DNA of 38,477 nt from an uncultured Methanospirillum sp. Its GTDB lineage: Archaea > Halobacteriota > Methanomicrobia > Methanomicrobiales > Methanospirillaceae. Shown one piece after another: positions 28,396 to 38,477 of the stretch (position 1 is its first letter; the number at the start of each line of letters is the position of its first letter). The position numbers and the translations under genes were made by a program. The DNA lies in the NCBI GenBank assembly GCA_964637135.1, contig CAZWTX010000026.1, forward strand, positions 1-38,477, read 5' to 3'. Under the pieces are notes generated by a model that worked only from the letters and a program-made list of their open reading frames with translations, did not search any database and was not told the DNA's origin.

Positions 28396-28845
28396 TTATT
28401 CTTCCTCCTCGTCTTTCTCTGCGGATGACTCAGCAGCACGCTTCTTTGCAGCAGAAGGCTCCGGTTTACTTGCATCCTTCCAGTTCAGGATCCGGATTTT
28501 TGCTTCTGCAGCCTGGTTCTGGATCATCTCGCGTTTCTTCTTTCCGACAGTTCCACCGATCCGGATGGCATGGGTTTCGGGATTTACCCCTTCGAGGTCC
28601 TTGAGATTGTAGACCATGGACTCATGGAATCCGCTCGGGTGCATGCCACGAACGGCAAGGGGACTTCCGTATCCCGGGGTCGGGTGCGGGCCTTTTGCTT
28701 TACGCAGCTTGCGCTGCTTGCTGTGCAGACCACGCGGACGGCGCCAGGAATCGCGGATGGTGACTTTCTTGTCGACCCCTTCGCGTTTGAACCTGGCTTC
28801 CTTATCCTTCCTGACTTTGATGAGCCTCTTTATCTCGGATACCAT
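28396..28845 (-). CDS. rpl32e: Ribosomal protein eL32
   Basis: WRRPRGLHSKQR, RGMHPSG. Confidence 0.97.
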   Translation of the reverse strand: MVSEIKRLIKVRKDKEARFKREGVDKKVTIRDSWRRPRGLHSKQRKLRKAKGPHPTPGYGSPLAVRGMHPSGFHESMVYNLKDLEGVNPETHAIRIGGTVGKKKREMIQNQAAEAKIRILNWKDASKPEPSAAKKRAAESSAEKDEEEE

Positions 28846-29375
28846 TACTGCTCACCTCTGGACACAACGTAGATACCGTCCTGGAAGACCCGCGGGTCAC
28901 GGTTACGGATCTTGGTTGCCCGCTGGATGTTCGCTGCTGTTGCACCGACGATCTCCTTGTCGATACCGGTCACCATCACTTCATCAGTTCCGATCTTGAC
29001 GGTTGTGCCGGGGAGAACACGGGCATTGCGGGGGTATTTCTCACCAAGGAAGTTATTAATCTCTATCCGGTCACCCTGCATCTTAAGCTGGATGGGAAAG
29101 TGGCTGTATACCACCTTCATGGTGTACAGGTATCCGCTGGTGACACCGGTACACATGTTCCCGCAGTGTGCTGCAAGGGTTCCGACCATGGAGGTAACCT
29201 GCTTCTTCATTGACTCTGTCCTGAAGAGGACCGTTTCACCCTCGATGGAGATGGAGATTCCCGGATACCACATGTCGCGGGAGAGTTCACCTTTCGGGCC
29301 TTTTACCGTCATAACGGAGCCCTCAATGGTGACGGTTGCACCGTCGGGGATGGTTATTGAGCGTTCAACGACCAT
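28845..29375 (-). CDS. rpl6: Ribosomal protein uL6
   Basis: VKGPKG, YSHFPI, DPRVFQDGIY. Confidence 0.98.
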   Translation of the reverse strand: MVVERSITIPDGATVTIEGSVMTVKGPKGELSRDMWYPGISISIEGETVLFRTESMKKQVTSMVGTLAAHCGNMCTGVTSGYLYTMKVVYSHFPIQLKMQGDRIEINNFLGEKYPRNARVLPGTTVKIGTDEVMVTGIDKEIVGATAANIQRATKIRNRDPRVFQDGIYVVSRGEQ

Positions 29376-29383
29376 GGTACACC

Positions 29384-29776
29384 TCAGTATACATACCCCA
29401 GCAGTTCGCCACCGATACCAAGACGGCGGGCCTCATGATGGGCCATAACCCCCTTGGAGGTGGAGATGATCAACATCCCGATACTCTTGGACGGAAGGTA
29501 GAGTTGTTCCCATCTCTCCATTTCGTCCATCTTAACCGAGAAACGCGGGGAGATACAACCACACTTGTTGATCATACCTGACATGGTCACCTTGAACTGG
29601 TCGCCCCTGCCGTCCTGGATCAAAGAATATTCACGGATGTACCCGGCGTCCTTCATGATGCGAAGCATATCACCGACAAGCCGCCCGGCAGGCTGGACAA
29701 TTACTTCTGACCGGCCCGTATCTGCGGCGTTCTTCAGCGTGCTCATTGCATCTGCCACTGTATTCAGTCTTGCCAT
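29384..29776 (-). CDS. rps8: Ribosomal protein uS8
   Basis: [27 protein letters not shown]. Confidence 0.98.
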   Translation of the reverse strand: MARLNTVADAMSTLKNAADTGRSEVIVQPAGRLVGDMLRIMKDAGYIREYSLIQDGRGDQFKVTMSGMINKCGCISPRFSVKMDEMERWEQLYLPSKSIGMLIISTSKGVMAHHEARRLGIGGELLGYVY

Positions 29777-29787
29777 AGCACTCCTCC

Positions 29788-29958
29788 TCAGTTCAGTTTC
29801 TTAAAGCCCATCTTCGGTGCCCACTCGCGGAAACACTGCCGGCAGAAGAAGATATTGTATCTCCGGACAAGTCCCTGTTTCCGGCCGCAGAGGAGACACT
29901 CGTGTGCCCCGCGTCCGAACAGTTTTGTCCGTTCCTTTCCAGCCTTCTCATTGGCCAT
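29788..29958 (-). CDS. rps14: Ribosomal protein uS14, zinc-binding (absent from the ORF track)
   Basis: Manual translation: [56 protein letters not shown]. Confidence 0.97.
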   Translation of the reverse strand: MANEKAGKERTKLFGRGAHECLLCGRKQGLVRRYNIFFCRQCFREWAPKMGFKKLN

Positions 29959-30467
29959 TACTGCACCTCTATGTTATAACGCTCTTTCAGGAACAGAGTC
30001 GCATCTTCCTTGTTGACCCGCTGTTTTGCCGGGAGTTTCTTCTGCTGAATGCGCCGTTTTGCGATCCGAAGACCGTTCCGCCTGAGTACCACCGTCACAT
30101 CAAGTCCGAAGATACCGATTTTCGGGTCATATGACTGACCCGGAAAGTCGGTGTGTTCCTCAACTCCGAAGGAGAAATTCCCCTGCTGGTCGATTGACCG
30201 GGCAGTCAGCCGGGATCCTGAAATATTCAGGGAGGTTGAAAGGAACTCCTCTGCCAGGTCGCCACGAAGCGTAACCTTGCAGCTCATCGGGGCACCCTTG
30301 CGGATACCGAATGCCGGGAGGGTCTGCTTGGCAACACTCCTGACAGAGGTACTTCCGCGGGTGATGTCTGAGATGATCTTCTCGGCGTTGACCAGCTTGT
30401 CACCGGCCTCGCCGACACCCATGTGCACGACTACCTTGTCAATCGAAACTGACCGGTTCGGGTTCAT
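29958..30467 (-). CDS. rpl5: Ribosomal protein uL5
   Basis: [31 protein letters not shown]. Confidence 0.98.
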   Translation of the reverse strand: MNPNRSVSIDKVVVHMGVGEAGDKLVNAEKIISDITRGSTSVRSVAKQTLPAFGIRKGAPMSCKVTLRGDLAEEFLSTSLNISGSRLTARSIDQQGNFSFGVEEHTDFPGQSYDPKIGIFGLDVTVVLRRNGLRIAKRRIQQKKLPAKQRVNKEDATLFLKERYNIEVQ

Positions 30468-31189
30468 TCTTCAATCCCCCAGTTGTCCAGTGCTGGTTTC
30501 TCACGTCCGATCATCACGACATACTCGTCGATGGTCTCAAAGGTCTGTCCACCGTCGGCATCGGTAAGGATGATACGGTTCGGAAGGCTTCCTGGAACCT
30601 TGATGATCTCGCTGATCCGGGCAATGGCACCTGAGTGCCGTCCGCCGATGATCATGGCCATGTTTCCGGTCTGCATCGGGAAGTGCTCGACGATCCTGTT
30701 CTTTTCTCCGGTTTTCAGGGAGAGAACAACAGAGTCACCTGATTTGTAGGTGTTCTCGGCGATCAGGTTGGATCCGTCACGAAGGTTGAGCTGGACCTTT
30801 CCGCCCTTGACCATGGTTTTGTTGATAACCTTGACCAGGCGGGATTCTGCCGCAGCTGCGTCGATCGGGATCGTCTTGTGACGGCCTTTCACGTCACGAA
30901 GAATCCTGAAATGCTTGTCCGTCTTCGGGACAGAGATGATATCAAAGATACCAATCCCCATGTCCGGATGACGACAGGCACGTCCGTTCACGAGAATGTC
31001 TCGCTGACGAAGGATACGTTTGATCTCCTTCATATTTCGGGCAAGGCCCATCTGATCGCGGATCCATACCGCGATCGGGAGTGCATTGGCGTTGTGCGGA
31101 CCGGCTGAAGGCTTGGTGATGAACTTTGTTGTTTTTCGTGCAATTCCCCAGGCCTTGGGTGCGACAACGCGTTTAAGATGATGTCCCAT
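30464..31189 (-). CDS. rps4e: Ribosomal protein eS4
   Basis: HLKR..AP..W, PSAGPH, GGRHSG. Confidence 0.97.
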   Translation of the reverse strand: MGHHLKRVVAPKAWGIARKTTKFITKPSAGPHNANALPIAVWIRDQMGLARNMKEIKRILRQRDILVNGRACRHPDMGIGIFDIISVPKTDKHFRILRDVKGRHKTIPIDAAAAESRLVKVINKTMVKGGKVQLNLRDGSNLIAENTYKSGDSVVLSLKTGEKNRIVEHFPMQTGNMAMIIGGRHSGAIARISEIIKVPGSLPNRIILTDADGGQTFETIDEYVVMIGREKPALDNWGIEE

Positions 31190-31191
31190 CG

Positions 31192-31557
31192 TTACTCACC
31201 TAACCCAAGTTTCTTCTCACGCCGCTTGTCCTCGAGGTTCAGTTCTACGATGACCACGTTTGAGGGGTCAATCGGGCGGGGAACCTCAGTTCCGTCGGCT
31301 TTCTTGACAGATACACCGTCAACCACGATCTTTGCCTTTTTGGTAATGACAAAGTCCACAAGCCCGCGGACACCTTTCTGGTCGCCCCTGGTCACGGTGA
31401 CGGTATCACCCTTGACGACACGGGCACTGCGGCGCTTGTACTTCTCGCGAAGTTCGGTTGATAGCGGTGCATGAAGGAGGGAACCACGCTGGTGGAGCGG
31501 TGCATTGTACCGCGCTTTGCGCTGTTTCCTCGGCTGGCTGCTGATTACTCGTACCAT
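31192..31557 (-). CDS. rpl24: Ribosomal protein uL24
   Basis: SSQPRKQRK, LREKY, KGDTV; start is ATG 31557 or GTG 31572. Confidence 0.97.
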   Translation of the reverse strand: MVRVISSQPRKQRKARYNAPLHQRGSLLHAPLSTELREKYKRRSARVVKGDTVTVTRGDQKGVRGLVDFVITKKAKIVVDGVSVKKADGTEVPRPIDPSNVVIVELNLEDKRREKKLGLGE

Positions 31558-31568
31558 TCTTGCACCAC

Positions 31569-31967
31569 TCACACGATGATCGTGGCCATCGACCCGATAC
31601 GCGGGTACCTGATAGCCACTTCACGGGCAACCGGACCCTTGATCTCGGTTCCACGCGGTTCGTTCCGGTCATCGACCACTACAACAGCGTTGTCCTCAAA
31701 GGAGAGACGCAGACCGCTCGGGCGGCGAATCTCTTTCTTCTGGCGGATAACAACCGCACGGACGAGCTTGCGCCGCATGTCGGGGGTACCCTTCTTGACA
31801 CTCACCGTTGCAAGGTCACCTAGACCGAGCTTTGGCTGCCGGCGACGGACACCGTGGTACCCGAAAACGGATACAACCTGTACGAGCCTGGCTCCGGTGT
31901 TATCTGCACAGACCATCCGGGTTCCGGTGTTGATCGAGCGGGGGACTTTAATCCCTAATGCTCTCAT
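31569..31967 (-). CDS. rpl14: Ribosomal protein uL14
   Basis: [22 protein letters not shown]. Confidence 0.98.
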   Translation of the reverse strand: MRALGIKVPRSINTGTRMVCADNTGARLVQVVSVFGYHGVRRRQPKLGLGDLATVSVKKGTPDMRRKLVRAVVIRQKKEIRRPSGLRLSFEDNAVVVVDDRNEPRGTEIKGPVAREVAIRYPRIGSMATIIV

Positions 31968-32290
31968 GACCGGTTCACCTCAACGACAACAAAGGTCTTC
32001 GTCTTGGAGAGCGGGCGGCACTCTGCAATGTTCACAGTCTCACCAACGTGGGCATTGAGGCACGGAGGATTATGTGCATGTATCTTTGAACTCCGTTTCT
32101 CATATCGCTGGTATTTCTTGACAAAGTGGAGGTAGTCCCGCTGGACTACGACCGTCCCTGTCATCTTGTCGCTCACGACTTTGCCGGTGATCACCTGGCC
32201 GCGCACCGGCAAGGTGCCGTGAAACGGGCAGTTTACGTCACTGCACTCCTTTTCAGGAGTCGGGACGTTCAATCCGATATCTCTTGCCAT
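31964..32290 (-). CDS. rps17: Ribosomal protein uS17
   Basis: [22 protein letters not shown]. Confidence 0.98.
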   Translation of the reverse strand: MARDIGLNVPTPEKECSDVNCPFHGTLPVRGQVITGKVVSDKMTGTVVVQRDYLHFVKKYQRYEKRSSKIHAHNPPCLNAHVGETVNIAECRPLSKTKTFVVVEVNRS

Positions 32291-32299
32291 TATGAACCT

Positions 32300-32575
32300 C
32301 TATTTTCTGATTCGCATGTTGATCCGCTTCTCGGGGGCCATTACAAGGGCGGAGCCCTCCACGAGAGCGATCTTCCCTGTCGGGAGTTCCAGTCTGAGGG
32401 TGGCGCCCTTTTTTCCCACCTGTTTCAGACCGTTCCGGGTTTGTATCACCACGGTGTTCCTTGTCTCATCAATGATCTTCCCGTTGATCCCGACCAGGTA
32501 CTGGTTGGAGGCATCAACCACCAGAACATCCAGCCCGATTAGTTCATGGAACAGGATGTTCTGAGGGGTGATCAT
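32300..32575 (-). CDS. rnp1: Ribonuclease P protein component 1 (Rpp29)
   Basis: HELIGL, G.IIDETRNT, PEKR; conserved position. Confidence 0.95.
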   Translation of the reverse strand: MITPQNILFHELIGLDVLVVDASNQYLVGINGKIIDETRNTVVIQTRNGLKQVGKKGATLRLELPTGKIALVEGSALVMAPEKRINMRIRK

Positions 32576-32775
32576 GCACGCTTTCTGTGGTTCTGTTCGG
32601 TCTTCATCCGGGCTATGGTCCGGCGAATTTCGCGGATCTGGCCCGGGTTCTCGTAGGCGCCACCGGCGCTGACCTTGCCATGGAACTGGATCAGTTCCAT
32701 TCTGAGTTTGTCCACCTGCTCAACCAGTTCAACATCAGAGAGCTGGGAGACGTCTTTTGCTCGAAAGATTGCCAT
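32572..32775 (-). CDS. rpl29: Ribosomal protein uL29
   Basis: NPGQIREIRRTIARMKT. Confidence 0.97.
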   Translation of the reverse strand: MAIFRAKDVSQLSDVELVEQVDKLRMELIQFHGKVSAGGAYENPGQIREIRRTIARMKTEQNHRKRA

Positions 32776-33497
32776 TACTGGTCCTCCTCGATGAATTCAT
32801 CTCCGCGCTCTTCCTCGATGATCGCATCGAGATCGAGATCCTCACCTTCTTCATCATCAGAGATCTTCTGGATATGATCCTGGACCCGTGCTTTCTTCTC
32901 GATGGCCGCAGTCACTTTGAAGTGGTCAGGGAGCTGGGCATCCGGTGGAATGATCCTGACCTGAATACCGATAATCCCGAGTTTTTTGATAGCGATCGCG
33001 TATCCCTTGTCAACAATGGTGTTGACCGGGTCACCGGAATGCTTGATGTACCCTTCAACAAACTTCTGGACCCGGCCACGGGCACCGGTGAGTTTCCCGG
33101 AGAGTACAACCTCGCATCCGAGTGCTCCGGATTCCATGACCCGGCGGATGGTGGAAGATCCTGCCTTCCTGAAATACCAGCCGCGTTCGAGGGCACTTGC
33201 CAGCCGTTCTGCCATGATCTGGGCGTTCAGGTTGGGGTTCTCGACCTGCTGGACCTCGATCTGCGGGGATTCAACCCCGAAGGTGGTTGCGAGATCCTGG
33301 GTCAGGCCGCGAACAACCTTTCCGCCCTTTCCGATGACAATACCGGGTTTCTCGGCGAATATGGTGACCTGGGTTCCAAGGGGGGTGCGGACAAGATCCA
33401 TGCCGCCGTACCCGGCCCGCTTGAGTTCACGGGTGAGGTGACGTTCGACTCTGACCTTCCGGACACCGTCTGCTACAAATTTTCGTTCAACTGCCAT
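32775..33497 (-). CDS. rps3: Ribosomal protein uS3
   Basis: [26 protein letters not shown]. Confidence 0.98.
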   Translation of the reverse strand: MAVERKFVADGVRKVRVERHLTRELKRAGYGGMDLVRTPLGTQVTIFAEKPGIVIGKGGKVVRGLTQDLATTFGVESPQIEVQQVENPNLNAQIMAERLASALERGWYFRKAGSSTIRRVMESGALGCEVVLSGKLTGARGRVQKFVEGYIKHSGDPVNTIVDKGYAIAIKKLGIIGIQVRIIPPDAQLPDHFKVTAAIEKKARVQDHIQKISDDEEGEDLDLDAIIEEERGDEFIEEDQ

Positions 33498-33501
33498 CTA
33501 A

Positions 33502-33966
33502 TCAGGCCTCCTGTTCGCGGACGATCATCTCGATGTTCACGGTATCGCGGTCTTTCGGGGTTGCCCGGCCCATGGCACGGGGCATGAAACTCCGTCTCCG
33601 GACACCGCGGTTTGCAGTGACATGGATGATCCGTAGTTTGTCAGTCTCGAGACCGTCATACTCGGCATTCTTGCGGACGCTGTTAATCAGGCGAAGGTAT
33701 ACCCGGCCTGCTTTCTGTGGGAACCGGCCGGCATCCCAGCCGACAAGACCCTTGCGGTGGGGAACATTCCGGTTAAACCGCTTGAAGGGAATTGCCTTCT
33801 TGAGCGCAACAACGTCGTTCAGATATGCTTCAGCCTCGTCGAGTTTCTTGCCCCTGAGGAAACTGGCAATCTCCACGGCATGCTTCGGGGATATCGGGGC
33901 CTCGTTTACCTTGCCGCGGGCAGTGTTCTCGCCGGCAGGATTCTGTGAATATGCAATTCTGGCCAT
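33502..33966 (-). CDS. rpl22: Ribosomal protein uL22
   Basis: ISPKHA.EI, GRFPQKA, PRAMGRA. Confidence 0.97.
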   Translation of the reverse strand: MARIAYSQNPAGENTARGKVNEAPISPKHAVEIASFLRGKKLDEAEAYLNDVVALKKAIPFKRFNRNVPHRKGLVGWDAGRFPQKAGRVYLRLINSVRKNAEYDGLETDKLRIIHVTANRGVRRRSFMPRAMGRATPKDRDTVNIEMIVREQEA

Positions 33967-33971
33967 TTCAA

Positions 33972-34385
33972 TCACTTCAGCGGGACAAACTTACTCGACC
34001 GGGTTGCACCGATACCGGCAGAACCGTGAGTGACTCTCCTTCTGGTCAGGGCAAATTCTCCCAGGTAATGGAAGACTGCTTCCGGCTGGATCTCGACCTT
34101 GACGAACTCCTTTCCGTTGTAGATCTCGATCTCGCGCCCGATCATCTCGGGAAGAATGATCATGTCACGGACATGGGTCCGGATCTTTGATTCATGCTTG
34201 CGCAGATCGACAAGGAACTTCTCTTCGCCACTGGTCCATCCGCGGAGTACTTTCCTGCGTGCCCGTGAAGGCATGTGGGGGACGAGTGCCTCAAGATTCA
34301 TAGCCTTGAGTTCGTCAACTTTGAACCCGTGGTAGGTAAACTCCTCCTTTCGTCGCGGGAGTTTCTTCTGTATCTTCTTTGCCAT
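33972..34385 (-). CDS. rps19: Ribosomal protein uS19
   Basis: [32 protein letters not shown]. Confidence 0.98.
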   Translation of the reverse strand: MAKKIQKKLPRRKEEFTYHGFKVDELKAMNLEALVPHMPSRARRKVLRGWTSGEEKFLVDLRKHESKIRTHVRDMIILPEMIGREIEIYNGKEFVKVEIQPEAVFHYLGEFALTRRRVTHGSAGIGATRSSKFVPLK

Positions 34386-34390
34386 CGCGA

Positions 34391-35104
34391 TTACCTCCTG
34401 CAACCGGTTCTACGGGCAGCTACATGACCGACCTTTCTGCCTGGCGGGGTACCCCTGCTTACCGTCTTTGGACGGCCGGGGTGCTGGTGACCTCCACCAC
34501 CGAACGGGTGGTCGATGACGTTCATTGCAATACCACGGACACGCGGCCAGTTGCTTGCAGTGTTTTTCATCTTGTGGTACTTCTTACCGGCCTTGACGAA
34601 CGGTTTCTCAACCCTGCCTCCACCGGCCACGATACCGATGGTTGCACGGCACTGGTCGTTGAACCATTTCGTGACACCGCTTGGCATCCGGATTGCGACC
34701 CGTCCTTCCATCTTATCGGTGACCATTGCCTGCACACCGCTTGCCTTGACGAACTTTCCACCGTCATTCGGCTTTGATTCGATGTTGCAGACGTATAAAC
34801 CGGTCGGAATACCGGCGAGCGGAAGGGTGTTCCCGTTCCTGACCTCGACTTCCGAACCCCAGGAGAGGGTATCGCCGACACCCATCCCTTCGGTGACCAG
34901 TACGTACTTCTCCTCGCTGCCTTCGACCTTGACCTTTGCAATCGGAGTGTGACGGGCCGGATCGTGTTCGATGTCAACGATCAGACCGTGAACCGTCTCA
35001 CCGATCCTGCCAAGGTGACGGAGAGCAGCTTTGTACCGGCTTGACGGTGCCCGATACGTCGGACCTCCGTGACCCCGGCTCTGTGTTGTGATTCGATGTC
35101 CCAT
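34391..35104 (-). CDS. rpl2: Ribosomal protein uL2
   Basis: EHDPAR, WPRVRG.AMN..DHPFGGG. Confidence 0.98.
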   Translation of the reverse strand: MGHRITTQSRGHGGPTYRAPSSRYKAALRHLGRIGETVHGLIVDIEHDPARHTPIAKVKVEGSEEKYVLVTEGMGVGDTLSWGSEVEVRNGNTLPLAGIPTGLYVCNIESKPNDGGKFVKASGVQAMVTDKMEGRVAIRMPSGVTKWFNDQCRATIGIVAGGGRVEKPFVKAGKKYHKMKNTASNWPRVRGIAMNVIDHPFGGGGHQHPGRPKTVSRGTPPGRKVGHVAARRTGCRR

Positions 35105-35114
35105 CTTCTCACCT

Positions 35115-35366
35115 TTACATTATCCCGAGCCGGCTGAGGATCTCTTCCGCAGCCTTCTCGTTGACAAAACTGATGATGGCCTTCTTCTCTCCCTTGTTGG
35201 TCATCATCGTCCGGACCTGTGTGACCGGCTGATCAAACATCTTCTCGACTGCCATCTTGATCTGAACCTTGTTTGCCGTCCGGTCCACTATGAACTGGAG
35301 CTGGCTCTCGTGGTCCACCTGGGCGGTTGCCTTTTCTGTTGCATACGGATACTTGAGCACTGCCAT
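35115..35366 (-). CDS. rpl23: Ribosomal protein uL23
   Basis: P..TEKA, FIVD..ANK, GEKKA. Confidence 0.97.
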   Translation of the reverse strand: MAVLKYPYATEKATAQVDHESQLQFIVDRTANKVQIKMAVEKMFDQPVTQVRTMMTNKGEKKAIISFVNEKAAEEILSRLGIM

Positions 35367-36115
35367 TACTGCTCACCCCCGAGCTGTTGAAGCGCTGCTT
35401 CTGTCCAGATAGTAAGACGGGCAGCATGGGTACCAGGTGCAAGAAGCCCGACGTTGATGTTTCTGACTGAACAGACATCGACTCCGGCAAGGTTGCGGGC
35501 TGCACGCAGCGGTTTGCCGCCGGTAACGATCAGAAGGCTTCTGCGCTGCTTGTAACGGCGGCCACGCATCTTTCCGCGACCGGCACGAACCTTGCGGCTG
35601 CGCTCGGCACGCTCGACATCGGCATAGACCCCGATGGCTTTCAGGGCTTCCCTGACATCCTTCGTCCGGTTAAGACCTTCGAAGTCAGTCGTCAGGACGA
35701 AAGGCAGGGAACCGGTGAAGACATGCCCACGGGATCGGACCAGGTCGTCGCTGATAGTGGCGGCAATTGCCGACTCGGTTGCCTTGCGCCGCTCCTTCCG
35801 GTTGATATCCTTGATAAGGATCTTCTCTACTTTTGGCGGGTGGGCTTGGCGACCGCCCTTGGCCTGGGGCACCTTTGCTGCCCGGGAACCGTTCTTGAGA
35901 CGGGGAACCTGTGCTACACCACGGCCACTCCCCCAGGAATGGGCGGAGTAGGAGATTCCTGCGAACGGGTTAACCCCGTGCGGCTGGTATCCGCGGGACT
36001 GCTGGGCGATAACCGCCTTCTTGATCAGATCAGGGCGGTATGCTGAGCCGAAGACGGATGGCAGATCGATCTCGTGGTCGACTGATCCGGTCAGTGTAAG
36101 AACCTGTGCTTTCAT
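35366..36115 (-). CDS. rpl4: Ribosomal protein uL4
   Basis: RPDLI, SWGSGRG, RAGRGKMRGRR, LAPG. Confidence 0.98.
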   Translation of the reverse strand: MKAQVLTLTGSVDHEIDLPSVFGSAYRPDLIKKAVIAQQSRGYQPHGVNPFAGISYSAHSWGSGRGVAQVPRLKNGSRAAKVPQAKGGRQAHPPKVEKILIKDINRKERRKATESAIAATISDDLVRSRGHVFTGSLPFVLTTDFEGLNRTKDVREALKAIGVYADVERAERSRKVRAGRGKMRGRRYKQRRSLLIVTGGKPLRAARNLAGVDVCSVRNINVGLLAPGTHAARLTIWTEAALQQLGGEQ

Positions 36116-36120
36116 CTAGC

Positions 36121-37134
36121 TCACCCCTGTTTGCTCTGCTGGCTCACGAACCCGATTACCGGTTCGCGGATCTTGTGTTCACCCTGTCTGATTGCATGGC
36201 GGATTCTGACAAGCCGCTTGCTCGGGCCGGGCACTGAACCCTTAATCAGGACATACTGTCCCCGGACTTCACCGTAGTTGATGAATCCACCCTGCGGCGT
36301 GATGTCACTGCCGTCTTCGCCAATCTTAAGGAGCCGCTTGTTGAACTCGGTACGCTGGTGATATCCCACCTGGCCCATCATCGGAACCTGCCACCTGACA
36401 TGGTGCGGGGTCCACGGACCGAGGGTACCGACATGGCGTTCCTTCTTTCCACGGGAATGTTTCCGCTTCCGGAGGTGGACACCCCATCTCTTGACCGGAC
36501 CCTGGGTACCCTTACCCGTGGTGATCGCAGTGACATCGGTGTACTGGCCAACCTGAAAGAGATCTTTAGCGGCAAATTCCTTGCCAAGCATGCTTACGGC
36601 ATACTCAAAGCGTTCAAGGATAGAACCGCCACCAACCCGTGTCTCCATCAGGTCAGGAACCTTTTTCGGGACACCGGTAAGTGAAACCGGACGGGCATAG
36701 GTCAGGCAGAAGACATCGACGATCTTTCCTGCCTCGATTGCCTCACGGATAGTTGTCTCGGCTTTCTGGCGGTCGTAGTTCTTCGGGAGGGTCAGCCTGC
36801 GGCCGAGTTCGGGGTCGAATGAATCGGTCCATATCTCGGTCATGGCATGGTTTCCGTAGGTGTCATGGCGGTAGACCCTGACAGCGGCAACCCGCATGTC
36901 CGGGACTTCAATGACCGTGACCGGTACCATGATGTCCCGGCCTTCCGTCGGGCTCTTGGTATGGTCATCAACCATGACCAGGTGGGTCATTCCCACTTTG
37001 TACCCGGCAAACCCCTGGAGCTGGGGGGCCCCCTCGTATGCAGGCCATGCATGATATCGTGGGACCGGGCTCTTCGCCCGCTTGCGTGGGCTGTATGCCA
37101 GGGATCCCATACGAGGTCTGTGTACGTTTGGCAT
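36121..37134 (-). CDS. rpl3: Ribosomal protein uL3
   Basis: [37 protein letters not shown]. Confidence 0.98.
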   Translation of the reverse strand: MPNVHRPRMGSLAYSPRKRAKSPVPRYHAWPAYEGAPQLQGFAGYKVGMTHLVMVDDHTKSPTEGRDIMVPVTVIEVPDMRVAAVRVYRHDTYGNHAMTEIWTDSFDPELGRRLTLPKNYDRQKAETTIREAIEAGKIVDVFCLTYARPVSLTGVPKKVPDLMETRVGGGSILERFEYAVSMLGKEFAAKDLFQVGQYTDVTAITTGKGTQGPVKRWGVHLRKRKHSRGKKERHVGTLGPWTPHHVRWQVPMMGQVGYHQRTEFNKRLLKIGEDGSDITPQGGFINYGEVRGQYVLIKGSVPGPSKRLVRIRHAIRQGEHKIREPVIGFVSQQSKQG

Positions 37135-37613
37135 TGTATGATCAGTCCTTCTCTTCTGTATCTTGGGTCATGCACCATCCGGCGGACGGTACATGGATCG
37201 ATGCAGGAAAGAGACCATAATCAGGACGTCAGCGATAACTGTCTTCGCATGATTATTTCCGGTACGTAACAGATTCGTCCCTCCCTACCGCATGCAGTGA
37301 CTGATCGTCCGGCGCAGCATCGCTGCTACAACATAACCTGCATGTGTAGACGGACCGATTTCTGACAATTACGTCCGGTTTACCGGTCTCTCGTAAGATG
37401 CGTGATAATCAGGCTCCTCAGGCAGAGCATTCTGCCGGAGACGGGCCGCATCGTCCACCCTTGCCGTCATCACATCCCACTTCTGTCGCCTCGAGCGAAG
37501 AATCGCAGGTTCCGGCCCGTCCTGAAGGATTCAAGATCCGATGAACAGGCCGGCTCTTCACCCCTCTTCAGGGAAGGGGGTAAAGAAGGCTTCCTTAATA
37601 TTCGATAAAAGAA

Positions 37614-37622
37614 GGTATAAAG
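37614..37622 (-). promoter_or_regulatory. Candidate TATA box (CTTTATACC) for the rpl3 superoperon leader
   Basis: TTTATA on the minus strand just after the tfx stop. Confidence 0.45.
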
Positions 37623-37629
37623 ATACTCC

Positions 37630-38034
37630 CTACTCAAAGTAGAGATCACCGTCTTCCTTGATATACACTTCAATGGAATTCCGGATAAGACGGGACTTGT
37701 TCTTTTCCGGGACCTCTTCACGGATACGGTTCATCAGCTGGACCGAATCATACTTGACCTTGATCCCGAATTTCTCTGCTTCACTGAAGATGCCCTTTAC
37801 TGCCGTGAAGAGATCGGTTCCTTTCTCCACAGTACAGAGATGGCGGGCGTCAAGACTGTATAGGAATTCAAGGGTTTCACGAGCACGGCTGATATTCTCC
37901 ATTGCTGATTTCTCGATAGTACAGACGTTTGCCTTGGAGGTATGGATGATATCGGCAATCTGCTGCTGGGTAAGCCCTGCTTTCCGGTATCTGAGGACTT
38001 CTTTCTGCCGATCGGTCAGCAGCCCTTCTTTCAT
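37630..38034 (-). CDS. tfx: Tfx-family DNA-binding protein
   Basis: LLTDRQKEVLRYR..GLTQQQIA....TSKANVCTIEK.A.ENI..ARETL; start moved to ATG 38034. Confidence 0.92.
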   Translation of the reverse strand: MKEGLLTDRQKEVLRYRKAGLTQQQIADIIHTSKANVCTIEKSAMENISRARETLEFLYSLDARHLCTVEKGTDLFTAVKGIFSEAEKFGIKVKYDSVQLMNRIREEVPEKNKSRLIRNSIEVYIKEDGDLYFE

Positions 38035-38224
38035 GATATACAAAGGATCACCTAAACATAAACGGGTTTCGTTAACCCTAACCTCCCGTCCCCAGGCAGA
38101 AGGACCGTCGAATATATCAATAGGATAAAAACGGGTAATCCCGCGCTTCCGGGAAAAAAACGATTTCACAACCTTTATTATGATACTTCATCATAGTATC
38201 GTTGAACACTCACTGAGGTGTGCA

Positions 38225-38477
38225 ATGGTAGTAAAAGTAGGAATTGCCAAACTCGGAAATATTGCTAGTGGCGTAATGGCAGAACTGCTCCTTGACGAGC
38301 GTGCAGACCGTGAAGACATGCAGACCTTCATGGCTACCTCAGGGACCAAGCTCCAGCCGGAAGACATTGACCGTGTTGTCACCAACATGAAGGCATGGGG
38401 TCCGGACTTCTGTATCGTTGTCTCCCCGAACGGTGTTCTCCCAGGTCCAAAGGGTGCACGTGAGTCACTCGCTGCAG
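38225..38477 (+). CDS. mtd: F420-dependent methylene-H4MPT dehydrogenase (5' part, runs off the window)
   Basis: Manual translation: [31 protein letters not shown]...SGTKLQPE...[23 protein letters not shown] at 38215. Confidence 0.95.
   Translation, partial: MVVKVGIAKLGNIASGVMAELLLDERADREDMQTFMATSGTKLQPEDIDRVVTNMKAWGPDFCIVVSPNGVLPGPKGARESLAA

Noticed and set aside
22721..32775. Absence of SUI1, rpl34e and rpl14e from the superoperon
   Set aside because: Ordinary lineage-level variation in this part of Euryarchaeota.
22721..37134. Many long plus-strand ORFs (e.g. 32757-33587, 24165-24743, 31471-32058)
   Set aside because: Antisense shadows of conserved ribosomal, secY and adk genes; no recognisable motifs.
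37135..37629. RNase P RNA or SRP RNA in the long intergenic region
   Set aside because: Hallmark motifs (GAGGAAAGUCC; SRP helix 8 GGAA/AGCAG) were not found on either strand.

Overview
Archaeal chromosomal window from a hydrogenotrophic methanogen; the mtrEDCBAF-(A/G fusion)-H layout points to Methanomicrobiales. Left to right: a small secreted-protein gene; a minus-strand NifB/NifX + 2x ferredoxin-MinD ATPase + DUF134 + NifB/NifX cluster, with a 100-N gap inside DUF134 and two copies of a palindromic operator-like site; the divergent mtr operon; a frameshifted IS21-family remnant; a sulfur cluster (ubiquitin-like GG carrier, TtuA/NcsA, iscS, iscU); a secreted Ig-like protein; thiM-thiE; two tandem single-pass receptor-like kinase-fold genes; coenzyme F390 synthetase and an AI-2E transporter; the ribosomal protein superoperon rpl3 to rpl15 with secY, adk, EMC3/DUF106 and cmk; a long structured region upstream of rpl3; tfx; and the 5' part of mtd. 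The best candidate for an undescribed system is the receptor-like kinase pair (15534-20105). Both have the same catalytic-site substitutions (HRD to HYH, DFG lost), so they look like a conserved pseudokinase pair, transcribed divergently from F390 synthetase. All calls come from motif recognition only; no searches were run.
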